Positions 1 to 11,347 are shown, counted from the first letter of the stretch. The stretch is 64,000 bases of DNA from an uncultured delta proteobacterium (GCA_963821645.1 CAWGEQ010000039.1:5766-69765), one strand, 5' to 3'. A program made the numbers and translations. Notes: generated by a model not told the origin, from the letters alone.

Positions 1-422
1 CTTACTATTGATATTCCAATAGAAGTAATAAAAGTGGGTAATTTATAATTACAAAAACGACATGTCAACCCTACCACTAAGACCATAAGGAACAAGGAAA
101 CAAAAATATTAATCCCGCACGCGCACGGGTAAGGAAGAAAGGAGTAAAATGAGAGTACAAGAACAGCAAACGGGGGGTCTGCAGGATATATTTTATAATA
201 CTTATATCCAAAAAATTTTAGTACATCATCAGCTATGACGGTATACACGGGTTGTCCATTCCAAAGTCTTTTTCCTGCGAAAGAACAATTTGGAAAGTCA
301 TAAGGAATTCGACCATCCAAACGCCGTGGTAGCTGAATTGAACAAAAATATACAAAAAAGGCGACAGCCATCGTTAATATAGATAGAGAGAATATCCAAA
401 TTAGAATTTTATTATATTTCAT
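1..422 (-). CDS. hypothetical membrane protein, 3' end outside window
   Basis: Minus-strand frame is open from ATG 422-420 (MKYNKILIWIFSLSILTMAVAFF...) to the left edge with no stop. Hydrophobic N-terminus, AT-rich, no family recognised. Confidence 0.35.
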   Translation of the reverse strand, partial: MKYNKILIWIFSLSILTMAVAFFVYFCSIQLPRRLDGRIPYDFPNCSFAGKRLWNGQPVYTVIADDVLKFFGYKYYKIYPADPPFAVLVLSFYSFLPYPCACGINIFVSLFLMVLVVGLTCRFCNYKLPTFITSIGISIV

Positions 423-554
423 CTGCTATTTATTCGTTCGACAAGTCTTTCTCAGTTTTATTAATCTCACAGGACCTTTTTGGGCCAAATCCTTGAATAC
501 CTTTTGTTGACTTTTGTGGAATGCGATCAACCATTTCTCATAAACGTGCAAAAG

Positions 555-2027
555 TCAAAGTTTTTTATAAAGAACCGCAGTCTTTGAACTGGACATTACC
601 GCCCATTCAAGGGACCTTGAAAATTGGCTGTCAAACCCAGACCCCTTTATGGTTAAAGCATAATCAAATGGATACTGATTGACCCAGCGCCTGAATTGTT
701 CAGGCTGACTACTTTCAGCCTCCAGATATTTTTTTATAAAATCATCTCCATAGAGTTCGCATCGGTCATCAATAAATACCCGTAACCTTGGGGTATAATA
801 CATGAGAAAACCCCCAAACAGGAATTCATTAAAAATGGGGGTGCCTTCCGGATTGGCCTGCTGGATTTGCAGCAATCCGGGTAAAACCTCTATCGGCCAA
901 TGCCCGGGATCCAGTTTTGCCCAACCTCTCCCCAAAAGCGGAATGGGCCAGTCGGCCCTCTGGCAGGTAAAGCCAATGATCATAAGCAGTATGGGAATAA
1001 AAATTAAACTCCTGTTTAATTTTTTGCGGCGATTGAAAATAGGTGTATTTTGGATTTTGATGATTTCACTCCCCCGGTCGGACAGCCATTTTACCCAACG
1101 GACATGGGGGAACATATCCCCAATGGCAATAGCGGCGAACACAGCAAACAAAGGGGCGTGTCGAACCCTCATCAGGGCCAGACAAAACCAGACAGCCGGG
1201 ATTAGCCAGGTAATCCTGGGCCATCCCGGCAGCGTGCCCAAAAGGCAGATGAAATAAAGAAGTGCAAAGGGCAGGACGGCATAGAAAGACCCGGAGGAAA
1301 AGAGAGGGGCATGTTCCTGAATCACCTGGGGCAGTAAAGGTGAATCCATAATCAAAAACCAGGTCTTGGGGAGGGCTAGGCCATAAGGGTTAACGAAGGC
1401 GGTAGAAAGGCAGGCTAAGATCAGCAGGAGCAGAGAAAAGATTTGTTGAAAAGTCAGGAGAGGGGGGCTTTTTTTGACTAATCTTATCAGTATCCATCCC
1501 GTTCCGGTAATGGCCAGGGTTGCCATCCCGCCCAGGACCCCTCCGTGAATATTCACCCACAGGGCAAAGAGAGGAATCAGCCAGAATAACCGGGAAAGTC
1601 GGATTTGTCCGGATTCGAAATCCGTCAATACGGCAAATAAGACAGCAGAAAAAATAATGGTTACCAGATGAGGACGCACATGAAAGTGGAATGAACTGGC
1701 GGCCATAGCCATGGCAATGATCAGTATGGCCAGCATCGGATGCATCCCTTTTCCCATCAGTCGAAGGATCAGCCAGGTATAAAGAGAGGCCAGGAGAGTC
1801 ACCGTAAACAAAAGGAGGCTGTCAAAACCGCCGATCCGGTGTATAACGGCCATGAGGCACTCCCCCAACCATTGCTGGGCAATCCAGGGTTTACCCGAAA
1901 AGGTAAAACTGAACGGATCGTTGTAAATAAAATGACCGGTCGATAATATCCGCTCCCCTATTACCAGGTGAGAGAAAGTCCCCGGATCACGCAATAAGTT
2001 GCTCCTACCGGCAAACATTAGAAGCAA
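555..2027 (-). CDS. polytopic integral membrane protein, possible GT-C-type glycosyltransferase
   Basis: 490-aa ORF with many hydrophobic helices and an N-terminal DPGTFSHL...DPFSFT...WIAQQWL motif region. Starts at TTG 2027 or at the ATG three codons later. Family assignment is tentative. Confidence 0.55.
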   Translation of the reverse strand: MLLMFAGRSNLLRDPGTFSHLVIGERILSTGHFIYNDPFSFTFSGKPWIAQQWLGECLMAVIHRIGGFDSLLLFTVTLLASLYTWLILRLMGKGMHPMLAILIIAMAMAASSFHFHVRPHLVTIIFSAVLFAVLTDFESGQIRLSRLFWLIPLFALWVNIHGGVLGGMATLAITGTGWILIRLVKKSPPLLTFQQIFSLLLLILACLSTAFVNPYGLALPKTWFLIMDSPLLPQVIQEHAPLFSSGSFYAVLPFALLYFICLLGTLPGWPRITWLIPAVWFCLALMRVRHAPLFAVFAAIAIGDMFPHVRWVKWLSDRGSEIIKIQNTPIFNRRKKLNRSLIFIPILLMIIGFTCQRADWPIPLLGRGWAKLDPGHWPIEVLPGLLQIQQANPEGTPIFNEFLFGGFLMYYTPRLRVFIDDRCELYGDDFIKKYLEAESSQPEQFRRWVNQYPFDYALTIKGSGFDSQFSRSLEWAVMSSSKTAVLYKKL

Positions 2028-2416
2028 CCATAGAGAGAGGAAAATGCCTGATCCCTAACAACAAAACTTTTTTATAACTTTCGTTTTGACGATCGGTCAA
2101 TTAGCACTCCGCTTTCATTTTAGTCATAAAAGCTTTTTCTCTGAAATCTTCGATGCCTTAGATTGGTTGGCCGCCATGGCTCTCATATCCCCGATCAGCG
2201 CGAACAAATGGTTCGATACTATGGCTTCTATAGTATCGTCTCCAATGGGCTTTGTCAAAAAAAACAAGAATCCTGGTTACCTTTCTTTCTATGGAAATAC
2301 TTACCGGCCGCCTCAATTCATGAAAGATGAAGGTTTCGAGATTCTCCTATGTAGCTCTTCGAGCTGACTGAAATCTGGACTTGAAATTTGCGCAATTATT
2401 TGCAAGGATTATTTTT

Positions 2417-3584
2417 ATGGATACCCGTAAACATATATTAGCTCTTGTGATTTTTCTGTCCACTTTGCAAGTGGGATTTTCTCTTTATCCGACTCCATCT
2501 CGATCATGATATTTTTTGGGACCTTGAAGTCTATAAGGCAGCCGTTGAAAATTTTGAAAATAATTCTAACCCTTATTCAATTGGAAATGAGCTATTGTTT
2601 ATATACCACCCTATAGTTCTTGAGTTATTTGGAATTTTGAACAAAATCAATCTTTGCTTTGGATTAGGCGTTTTTTATTCACTGTCTTTATTATTCATGT
2701 GGTTATCTTTAGGGAAAAAATATAGTCGAGAAATACTCCTATCTATCTCCTTTGGTGGAATAGGCTTATTGTCTTTTGCATCGGGCAATATAACCCCATT
2801 TTTACATCTTTTTTTGTTTGCTTTATTATTAAATGAGGTGCGAACCGATAAGTTTTTTTTATCCTATGCAGTAATCTTTATTTTTTCATTAATAAAGCCA
2901 TATTTTTGGCATATTATTTGGTACCAATTTTTGTTGATCAGAGAAATCTAAGGCAAAAAATTGGATTATGTTTATTTTTTATGGCTATATATGTAGCCAT
3001 AGTTATCCTTTACCAAACGTTAAACCCGGATATTGTTAGTCAGTATCATGCCGCCTTGCGTTATCAAATAGTTGGCAAGGAGGATGTTGGATTTTCATTT
3101 TTTTACTGGTTACTAAAATTAACCCACAGTAATCTTATTTCAATTATTTTGCACTCAATACTCTCCATTGCTCTAATTGGTATTATTTTATTTTTTTAGG
3201 GTTCGATGGAGCATGAAAGATTTATCTAAGGAAAACGCGCTTTATTTGACCTATTTTATACTTACAATCATAAACCCGAGGATGAAAGAATATGACTTAT
3301 TTCCGGCACTATTATCTCTTTTCATATTTGGTAAAAATGTTTTAGGGGAAAAGTTCTTAACCTGTTATGTCGCTTCGCTTACAGTCGTGTCCTTTCCCTT
3401 GTTCATATTAATTGTTGGTGTATTAGGTAACTTAAATCTCCCCGCATTGGGATATTTAATTTTTAATTATTTATGGCTGTCGGGCAGGTATCCTTGTTTT
3501 TTTTGCTGCACTCTTATTAAATGCAAGATCCATAAAATTAAAATCAAGAAATTTAAGTGCATCATCAAGGTGAGCCCCCTTTGA
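2417..3584 (+). pseudogene. AT-rich DUF2029/GT87-like membrane protein, at least 3 frameshifts
   Basis: ATG at 2417 (MDTRKHILALVIFLS...). It continues in ORFs 2595..2951, 2906..3199 and 3177..3584 in alternating frames. Contains HDIFWDLEVYKAAVENF...NPY and INPRMKEYDL motifs. Frame breaks lie at T-runs. About 30% GC by eye. Confidence 0.5.
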
Positions 3585-4035
3585 TACAAGGAAGTCCTTC
3601 GACGGCCTATCCGTCCCAGGAACAACCCGTTATTGTCCAAAACATGACAATTTTTTGTCCGATCATGGAGGTTAAAACCTGTCCCTCAGCCTATTCCTAT
3701 CCTTCAAAGGTCCCCTCTTAAACCTTAAGCTCACCAAAATAATTGTAATTTCACCGTTTAATAAATTAATGGCTTAATTGTTGCAAATAGAATATATAAA
3801 ACTAACTGGGAAAATGGGGTTTTCGGCTTTTACCAGAAAAAGGAATTTCTATGAGAAGTAAATAATATCGACCAGATTCTTCAATGCAACTGGTGAACTT
3901 TTTGAATATCATTGACAAATTTATTTTTACCGCCCGTTTGCTTCGCGCACTTGACCAAGATTAGACGAGAAAAGTAATTTGACTCTTTTGCCTTGAGGAG
4001 ATAAAAACAATCAGCCCCGGATGCGCACAGACCTT

Positions 4036-4243
4036 TGCGGACGATAGATTTTTTCATTGCCCGAAAAAACCCGGCAATGAAAAACCAGTCAGGCGCTACT
4101 GCGCCACTGGGCAGAGCCGGAATTTGCGCTTGGGGAGTGTCGCCCAAGGGCAAATATCCCAGTAATCCCGGTAATCAAGCGAGGGAACGAGCGGGCGGTT
4201 CCAAAGGGTTAAACTTTTAAAAATGACCAACTAATTTGGAGAT
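4036..4243 (+). repeat. copy A of a ~200-nt structured element (paralogs at 11752-11998 and 15446-15660, inverted)
   Basis: Aligns by eye with the reverse complement of 11752-11998. Shared blocks: cccggtaatcaagcgagg..cgagc..gcggttccaaa and atgaccaactaatt. Hairpins at 4051-4083 and 4124-4153. Confidence 0.55.
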
Positions 4244-4287
4244 GATCCAAAAGTTTTTATAATAATTCACAACCATAAAAGGAGCAA

Positions 4288-5442
4288 ATGCTAATGGACA
4301 CACCAGCAGGTAAGACACTTGATGCAAATCTTGATAATTCCTACTTTGACGTGAGCAAGGGTCCAAGCGGGTTCGGTCCCCTTGAGACCCTTATGGAAGA
4401 TCAAAGCGTCACGGACATCCTCGTCGATAATTTTGATAAGATCTACGTTGAGAGGAAAGGGAAACTGGAACCTACGGATCTCAAGTTCAAAAGCGAAGCC
4501 GAATTGCGGGCCCTCATAGACGCCATTCTCACCGCCGTAGGCCGCCGGGTGGATGAATCGTGGCCCATGGCGGACGCGAGGCTCGCTGATGGTTCCCGGG
4601 TCAACGTCATTATACCGCCGCTCGCCATTGACGGCCCGAGTATGTCCATACGACGCTTCCGGAAAGACCCGCTGCAACTTGAGGACCTGATCGCCTACAA
4701 GACGCTTACTCCGGTAATCGGAGAACTCTTGGAGGGCATCGTCCGGGCCAGGCTGAATGTCTTAATTTCGGGAGGAACGGGGAGCGGTAAGACCACCCTC
4801 CTCAATGTGCTTTCGGGTTTCATCCCTTCGGATGAACGTATTGTCTCTATCGAGGACTCCGCCGAGCTTCAACTGAAACAACAGTACGTGGTCCGTCTCG
4901 AAACGAGACCGGCCAATACCGAAGGAAAGGGGGAGGTTATCGCCAGGGACCTGGTGAAAAACAGCCTCCGGATGCGGCCGGACCGGATTGTGGTCGGCGA
5001 GGTAAGAGGGGGGGAAGTTTTAGACATGCTGCAGGCGATGAACACCGGGCACGACGGTTCTCTTTCCACGATTCACGCGAACTCCCCTCGCGACGCCCTG
5101 GCCCGCTTGGAAACGCTCGTAGCCATGTCCGGGCTCACCATTCCCCACGAGGCCGTCAGAAAGCAGATCAGTTCTGCCATCGATATCATTATTCAGGTAT
5201 CTCGCCTCGGCGACGGCAGCCGAAAATTGGTCAGTCTTCAGGAAATCGCCGGCATGGAAGGCAATGTGGTTACCATGACGGAGATGTTCTCCTTTGAGCA
5301 AACGGGGGTGACGGAGGAGGGGAGGGTCAAAGGCCTATTTCTGCCGAAGGGCGTCAGACCTAAGTTTGGCGAAAAGTTCCGTGCTCTTGGCATAGAATTC
5401 CCAAAGCACGCCTTCGACCCTAGTCACTGCGTCGAGATTTGA
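4288..5442 (+). CDS. CpaF/TadA-family type II/IV secretion ATPase
   Basis: 384 aa. Walker [10 protein letters not shown], Asp/His box region ([30 protein letters not shown]). RBS aaaggag 6 nt upstream. Confidence 0.85.
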   Translation: MLMDTPAGKTLDANLDNSYFDVSKGPSGFGPLETLMEDQSVTDILVDNFDKIYVERKGKLEPTDLKFKSEAELRALIDAILTAVGRRVDESWPMADARLADGSRVNVIIPPLAIDGPSMSIRRFRKDPLQLEDLIAYKTLTPVIGELLEGIVRARLNVLISGGTGSGKTTLLNVLSGFIPSDERIVSIEDSAELQLKQQYVVRLETRPANTEGKGEVIARDLVKNSLRMRPDRIVVGEVRGGEVLDMLQAMNTGHDGSLSTIHANSPRDALARLETLVAMSGLTIPHEAVRKQISSAIDIIIQVSRLGDGSRKLVSLQEIAGMEGNVVTMTEMFSFEQTGVTEEGRVKGLFLPKGVRPKFGEKFRALGIEFPKHAFDPSHCVEI

Positions 5443-5570
5443 AAAGGAATTTCTTGTCAAACAAACGGAATAGAATAATACTCTCATGGACCTGAAACCC
5501 TGAGATTGTAACCCTCTCTTTCAAAGCTGTCTTGACAAAGGGGGCTGCTTAAGGTTAGTAAGATTGCTCC

Positions 5571-7673
5571 ATGACAGATTCTGAGAACATAACTGACGCA
5601 CGAAACGAGCGGCTGGCTGTAGCCATGCTCACCTGCACCGTTTTCTTTGGGGCTGTACTTCTTTTCAGCCTGGAGCCCCTTGTCGGTCGACTGTTAACAC
5701 CCTATTTTGGCAGTGCCGCTCATGTTTGGCTGACTTGTCTCATGTTCTTTCAGGCCATGCTTCTCCTGGGGTATCTGTATGCCCATCTTCTCGCACGTAA
5801 ATTAGGAGCCTGGCATCTGCTTTTCCTGCTTATTCCCTTGGTGAGTCTGCCCTTGCGAATGGGTGCAAACCCCAATCCAGGCGCACCACTTCTCGCCATT
5901 CTCGCGACTCTGGTTTTTCATGTGGCACTCCCGTTTATTGCACTCTCAACCACAGCCGTGGTCGCTCAGACCTGGCTCGCCAATTCCCCGGCGGGACGAA
6001 ATAGGGAGCCATACCCGCTGTACGCCGCTTCAAACGCAGGTTCACTCCTCGCGCTTCTCGGATACGCTTTTCTGATTGAGCCCCTTTCCGGCCTGCGGGT
6101 GCAAAGCTTCGTCTGGTCAGGGGCATACATCGTTTATGTGTTGCTTGTCCTGGTCACCTGGTTCCAGCTTCGGCCAGGCAAAGAATACAAGGAGAACTCC
6201 GAGGCAAACATCGAGACGGTAACACCCCAACCGCTGAAGCTCACCGTGTATGCGCAATGGTTTTTGCTGAGCGCGCTTCCTTCTGCTTTTCTTCTGGCGA
6301 CCACCAACTACATTACACTCGAAGTCGGTTCATTCCCCTTTATCTGGGTCATTCCCCTCGCCCTCTACCTTGGCAGCTTCATCGTGACATTTCGCACCGG
6401 TGGGGGTATACCCGGGTTCATTGAATATCCTCTGGATAGAGATACTGCTTTTGGCCTCTCTGATGTATTTGGTGGGGCCTTCGAGCTGGCTCAGCATTAT
6501 CGGCTCACCTATGCCTCTTTTTTGCTATTTGCCTTGTTGCTCACGGCAACCTATACAAGCGACGACCCGCCACTGGCTATCTCACGAACTTCTATTTGAC
6601 CTCAGCACTCGGGGGATGGCTCGGCGGCGTCATGGTGAGTCTCGTAGCCCCGCTCCTGTTCACCGGATTGTTTGAATACCCTATCCTGTTGCTCTTATTT
6701 GCAGTCACCTTCTGGTGGTGCCACCATAATGATTTCTTCACCTTCTGGCGCCGTGTCTCGTTCATAGAGGGTGGCATACGGCTACTGTTCGTGACTATTA
6801 TAGTAGCCCTTATCGCGATAATGGGCAACAAAACATCGTCATGGAACCGACCAAATTTCGGCATCGAAATTTTTACGGTGCTTATCGTGTCGAAGACGAA
6901 CCAAGCAGAATAGATATGCCCGGTGGTCTTAGAAGGTTGTATCATGGAAGAACACTACATGGCGCCCAATTATTGCGCCAAGACCTGCGCTCGGTGCCCA
7001 CGACATACTATTACGCCGGCAGCGGAATTTCCGAGGTCCTGGAAACGACACCTTCGCCACGTAGAGTAGGCATCATCGGACTCGGATGCGGTGTTGTCTC
7101 TGCCTACGCAAAACCAAATGATACGATCACTTATTATGAAATAGATCCAGACGTTGAGAAAATTGCCCGTCGATGGTTTACCTATCTTGATGACTGCAAG
7201 GGAAGGGTCCAGATCCTTATTGGCGACGGCCGTTTGTTAATGCAAAGTGGTGGAAGAGGGACAACCGAATACGATGTCATCCTAATAGATGCTTTTACCG
7301 GGGACGGCATCCCAACGCACCTCCTTACACGAGAGGCCATCGAGATATATCTTCGCCACCTATCCCAAGGTGGCGTGATGGTGTTTCACATATCAAATCG
7401 TTACTACGATCTGCGACCAGTGCTCAAGGCAATAGCCGCCGAGCTGAAACTATTGGGTGCTAGTGCGAGAACTCTGGCCAGTCAAAGTTGAAACCGTACC
7501 AGATTGCCTCAGAACTACGTGGCCCTCACTCGATCTTCCGGAACGGCTCGAACCACTGTTGAAACGCGGATGGAAACAATTTAAGAACGGAGATGGCCTG
7601 AAAGAGTACCAAGATATGGACAGATGACCACATTAATATCATTAGCCCTTTAAATTTAAAGAGATTTCGGTAA
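5571..7673 (+). pseudogene. membrane-fused spermidine synthase-like protein, multiple frameshifts
   Basis: ORFs 5571..6599, 6596..6913 and 6841..7491 in three frames, plus a tail ending WTDDHINIISPL at 7617-7673. N-terminal polytopic domain. C-terminal class I MTase/spermidine synthase-like fold (VGIIGLGCGV, YDVILIDAFTGDGIP). Confidence 0.65.
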
Positions 7674-8073
7674 TCGACAAATCACCTTGTCGAAATTGCA
7701 GCACGACCAAACAAACATTAGGACTTACCGGGCTAAGGATATAAAGCGATTAGGTGATAACATCCCAGTCCGCAAACCATAGGGGGCTTTTTGAAAAATT
7801 ACTTCCTTGTACTCGATGATTGACTGATTTCGAGAATCCTGTAAGAGTACAAACGATAATGGTTGAAATATTGTGGCAGCGTTGTGAAACCAGGCGGTAA
7901 ACAAAAAAGTTAAACATCAACCTGCGGTATCTTAGGGAAACCGGTCTATTCGACTTAAAAAAATCCGGTTCCGCGACCAAACGTGCGGACAGTGGAAGAT
8001 GCTATATGAGGATGACGACGCTGTTGTGATGCAGCGGATCGGGCAATAAGCCAATCACAGGGAGAAACAAGTA

Positions 8074-9271
8074 TTGGAATCAACCCACGCCAACAGGCGT
8101 AACAGGCAACGCTGGATGTTGCTTGGTCTCATCGTTATGATGGCAATCCTTGTGTATCTAATCAGCAGATTGGTTGCCATCCCTGGGCTCCTCGCCAATG
8201 ACTACTTGGCGTATTGGGCTGCTGGGCGTCTCAACCTCACCGGCGGCAACCCTTACGCAGCCGATCAACTTCTCGCCTTACAGCGCGGCGAAGGGCGAAC
8301 CGCTGAAGCAGTGATGATGTGGAATCCACCTTGGACCTTGGCCTTGACAATGCCGCTGTCATTGCTTAGCTTTCCGATCAGTCGCCTGCTCTGGCTCGGC
8401 CTGAGCATAGTCATGATCCTGATTAGTACGAATTGGACTTGGGCACTCTTTAGAGAAGCGACCGCCTAAGCCATGGCTCGCCTGGACGCTGGCGTTCACC
8501 TTCTTTCCCACGATTTTTACACTGGGCATGGGACAGATCGGTCCGTTGCTTCTATTAGGCGTTGCGGGCTTCCTGCATTTCGAACGGAAGAAGCGATACT
8601 GGTTGGCAGGCGCCTTCGTCGCCCTGCTGGCGATCAAGCCGCATTTGCTGTACTTGGTTTGCCTGGCAATCCTGTTCTGGAGCTGGGCAGCCGGCAACGT
8701 TGGGCCATCATCGGTGGTGCAGCCATCATCGTGTTAGCTGCGACGCTGGCAGCGATGCTATTCAATCCACAGGTCATCAACCAGTACTTAATCCTGATGA
8801 GGTCTGGCTCGCCTCTTAGTATGGGCGACTCCGACGCTCGGCTGCCTTCTTCGACTGCTATTCGGCTCAGGGAAAACCTGGTTGCAGTTCGCTCCGATGG
8901 TGGGGGGTGTCGTCTGGTTTGCGCTCTATGGCATGAAGCATCGAAAAACTTGGCTGTGGGCAGATCGAATATCGTTGTTGTTGCTCGTTTCCGTAGTGAC
9001 GGCTCCTTACGGCTGGTCATTTGATCAAGTCGTGTTGATACCCGTAGTCCTGCAAGTGGCCTGTTTAATGCTGGATGTGCACGACACCCAAACCGCGTGG
9101 AAGGTGGCGATGCCCTACATTATCATTAACATCGTGGCCTTCGCTCTTCGTTATGGCAACATCTACGACCACTGGATGTTTTGGTACGCACCTGCAATGT
9201 TGGTGTGGTATCTTTCTGCTCTTCGATGGAGCAATAATGCTAAAAAGACCGTGTTACCTGTTTCGATCTGA
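8074..9271 (+). pseudogene. DUF2029/GT87-like glycosyltransferase, at least 3 frameshifts
   Basis: Protein-like membrane segments alternate between frame 1 (8074..8469, ~8700-8830) and frame 2 (8528..8737, 8882..9271). Motifs: NDYLAYWAAGRL..GGNPY, GQIGPLLLLGVAG, AIKPHL. Confidence 0.6.
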
Positions 9272-9387
9272 TCTCGTGTTTGCTGGACCCTATGGCTGAG
9301 CCTCTCCCCAAAAACTGGACAAGACAATATGGTGCATCTGAGCACTCCCAAACCGGAAATATAAGAAAAGCACCGGGCCTTAGCCGA

Positions 9388-9699
9388 TCAAAAGGACAGC
9401 AAACCAGCGGCCTCGGGATATTCCCCCAGTTGGAAGAGAAGCCGGCCCAGGTTGAACCGGGCTATTGGGTGGGATGGTTCTTTCTCTAAAAGGGCTTCGT
9501 AGGCTTCTTTGGCCTCATCAAACATATCGTAATGTTGATAGAGTAAGGCCAATCCGAAACGAGGGGCAACAGCCTGGGGATTGATTTCTATGGCCTTTGG
9601 TAAACCCGACGGCCGTAATCCCTCCCTTTCCAGGATATGAGCCGTTCGGATCAAAGCCTCGATGTTCCCCGGATCAATCTCCAGGACCTGTCTGTACAT
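9388..9699 (-). CDS. short TPR-repeat protein (possibly a truncated remnant)
   Basis: 103 aa with TPR-like repeats (YRQVLEIDPGNIEAL, EAKEAYEALLEKEPSHPIARFNLG). Confidence 0.45.
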   Translation of the reverse strand: MYRQVLEIDPGNIEALIRTAHILEREGLRPSGLPKAIEINPQAVAPRFGLALLYQHYDMFDEAKEAYEALLEKEPSHPIARFNLGRLLFQLGEYPEAAGLLSF

Positions 9700-9806
9700 C
9701 TGTTATGCGTAAAATACCCTTGACAAAGGGCTTAATTGATATAAACTTTAAATTAACCCTCGCCTATATTGCTTGAATATAATCCGATTTGCGGCGAAGT
9801 AGTTTT

Positions 9807-9934
9807 CATCCGGAAATTCAAGATTTCCGGATAGCTTTCAGCAGTTAGCCCAACTCTCCAATGATAAAAGGTTTTGCTGAAAGCTAAAAGCTGATGGCTT
9901 AATGCTCCATCCGGAAGAGGGTCGTTTCCGGATG
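9807..9934. repeat. tccggaaa-hairpin / TCAGCTN-heptamer element (R1)
   Basis: Hairpin tcatccggaaattcaagatttccggata, left arm ctttcagcagttagc, right arm gctgaaagctaaaagctgatggc, second hairpin catccggaagagggtcgtttccggatgg. Same family as 10563-10706, 13448-13599 and 60078-60196. Confidence 0.7.
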
Positions 9935-9959
9935 GATACTATTTACAAAGGAGGCCCAA

Positions 9960-10274
9960 ATGTCTAAAGAAAAAGAAATACGATGTTATGGGTTTCAAAC
10001 TTCTTCTGGGAGATGGCAAGGAGTATGCCTTGATTTTAACTTGGCCGCCGAAGCCGATACCATAGATCAGCTAAAGAGTAAAATGGGTGATATTATAAAA
10101 AGTTATATTGAAAGCGTTCTGGATACACCCGATAAATCCTCCATTATTGCCCTATTAAACCGTAAGGCTCCTTTCAAGAATTGGGTTCTTTATTATTTAA
10201 TAAAATCAATTATATTTATAAAAGAGATCCGCACCATAAGTACTTTTCAAAACACGGCCGATGTCCCGTTATAG
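9960..10274 (+). CDS. HicB-like antitoxin
   Basis: 104 aa. N-terminal HicB-like pattern (RWQGVCLDFNLAAEADTIDQLKSKMGDIIKSYIESV). Sits directly upstream of a HicA-like gene. RBS aaaggagg. Confidence 0.5.
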   Translation: MSKEKEIRCYGFQTSSGRWQGVCLDFNLAAEADTIDQLKSKMGDIIKSYIESVLDTPDKSSIIALLNRKAPFKNWVLYYLIKSIIFIKEIRTISTFQNTADVPL

Positions 10275-10280
10275 GTTCCG

Positions 10281-10526
10281 ATGGGGGGTCAATATCCACC
10301 ATTAGACCGCGAACAAGTAGAAAATATTCTTAAAAAGCTTAATTTCTCTCTAAAAAGGCAAAAATCCACCAGTCATGCTCAATGGGAGGGGTATATCAGA
10401 GGAGAGCGCCGGATCGTAACAGTTGATATAGAGAAAAGCAAAAAAGAAAAATATGGACGGTTTCTTCTCAATAAAATGATTCAGCAATCAGGTCTTTCCA
10501 AAAAAGAATTTTATTCATACCTCTAA
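10281..10526 (+). CDS. HicA-like mRNA interferase toxin
   Basis: 81 aa. YcfA/HicA-like pattern (ILKKLNFSLKRQKSTSHAQWEG...RIVTVD...LLNKMIQQSGLSKKEF). Confidence 0.6.
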   Translation: MGGQYPPLDREQVENILKKLNFSLKRQKSTSHAQWEGYIRGERRIVTVDIEKSKKEKYGRFLLNKMIQQSGLSKKEFYSYL

Positions 10527-10562
10527 GATTTTATGGACCTGGGCAGACTTGGTTCCAACTTT

Positions 10563-10706
10563 TCATCCGGAAATCCAAGATTTCCGGATAGCTTTCAGCA
10601 GTCAGCGCTCAGCATTTAGCCCAACTTCCCAATGATAAAGCATTTTGCTGAAAGCTAAGAGCTGATGGCTTCATGCTTCATCCGGAAGAGGGTCGTTTCC
10701 GGATGG
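10563..10706. repeat. tccggaaa-hairpin / TCAGCTN-heptamer element (R2)
   Basis: Near copy of 9807-9934 with extra heptamer units (gtcagcgctcagca). Confidence 0.7.
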
Positions 10707-10730
10707 ATACTATTTACAAAGGAGGCCCAA

Positions 10731-10951
10731 ATGTCTAAAGAAAAAGAAATACGATGTTATGGGTTTCGAACTTCTTCTGGGAGATGACAAGGAGTATGCC
10801 TTGATTTTAACTTGGCCGCCGAAGCTGATACTATAGATCAGCTAAAAGAGTAAAATGGGTGATATTATAAAAAGTTATATTGAAAGCGTTCTGGATACAC
10901 CCGATAAATCCACCATTATTGGCCTATTGAACCGTAAGGCTCCTTTCAGAA
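10731..10951 (+). pseudogene. decayed duplicate of the hicB-like gene
   Basis: Same first ~220 nt as 9960.., but with TGG to TGA (gggagatgacaagg) and a 1-nt insertion (gctaaaagagtaaaatg). Homology stops near 10951. Confidence 0.7.
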
Positions 10952-11086
10952 ATTTTGACTCCCGACCCTGGGAGTCAAAAAATTCCGCCTCCGATTTGTC
11001 GGGGTCTGGGATCTGACTCGGGGAGGGCATCGCCCGAGGGCAAAGAACATTCCGTCTTTATCAAGGTAGGCGGTGAGAGGCCGTGT

Positions 11087-11347
11087 TTACCTCCCCAACA
11101 CTTCCTTGTGGGTCCCTATAGCCGTAATGACCAGACCCCCCTCCGTTCTGAGATAGGTTGCCCGATAGTTCATGGTAATGGTGAAAGCCCAATGGGGAGT
11201 GCCTTTCAATTTTTCATTTCTCAAACCTGGGTAGGATGGGTCGGCTATAAGTTTTTCCAATTGGTCCCAGAATTTCAAGCGCACTTCCTTCGGCAGGTCG
11301 TTTAAAATTTTTATAATATTTTCCGGAATGATGATATTAGTCGCCAA
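11087..11347 (-). CDS. RelE/ParE-superfamily toxin
   Basis: 86 aa. Pattern ...GLRNEKLKGTPHWAFTITMNYRATY...ITAIGTHKEV. Overlaps the upstream antitoxin gene by 11 nt. Confidence 0.65.
   Translation of the reverse strand: MATNIIIPENIIKILNDLPKEVRLKFWDQLEKLIADPSYPGLRNEKLKGTPHWAFTITMNYRATYLRTEGGLVITAIGTHKEVLGR

Noticed and set aside
2086-2367. 93-aa + strand ORF
   Set aside because: It has no recognisable features. The opposite strand carries a protein-like remnant (…KPIGDDTIEAIVSNHLFALIGDMRAMAANQ…), so the region is more likely a decayed gene fragment.
3881-4220. ORFs 3881..4153 (-) and 4035..4220 (+)
   Set aside because: They overlap copy A of the structured repeat. Conservation among the copies is at nucleotide/structure level, not in any reading frame.
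8473-9024. 183-aa and 128-aa ORFs in alternative frames/strand within 8.4-9.0 kb
   Set aside because: Only short stretches look like membrane protein. They are best explained as pieces of the frameshifted GT87-like gene.
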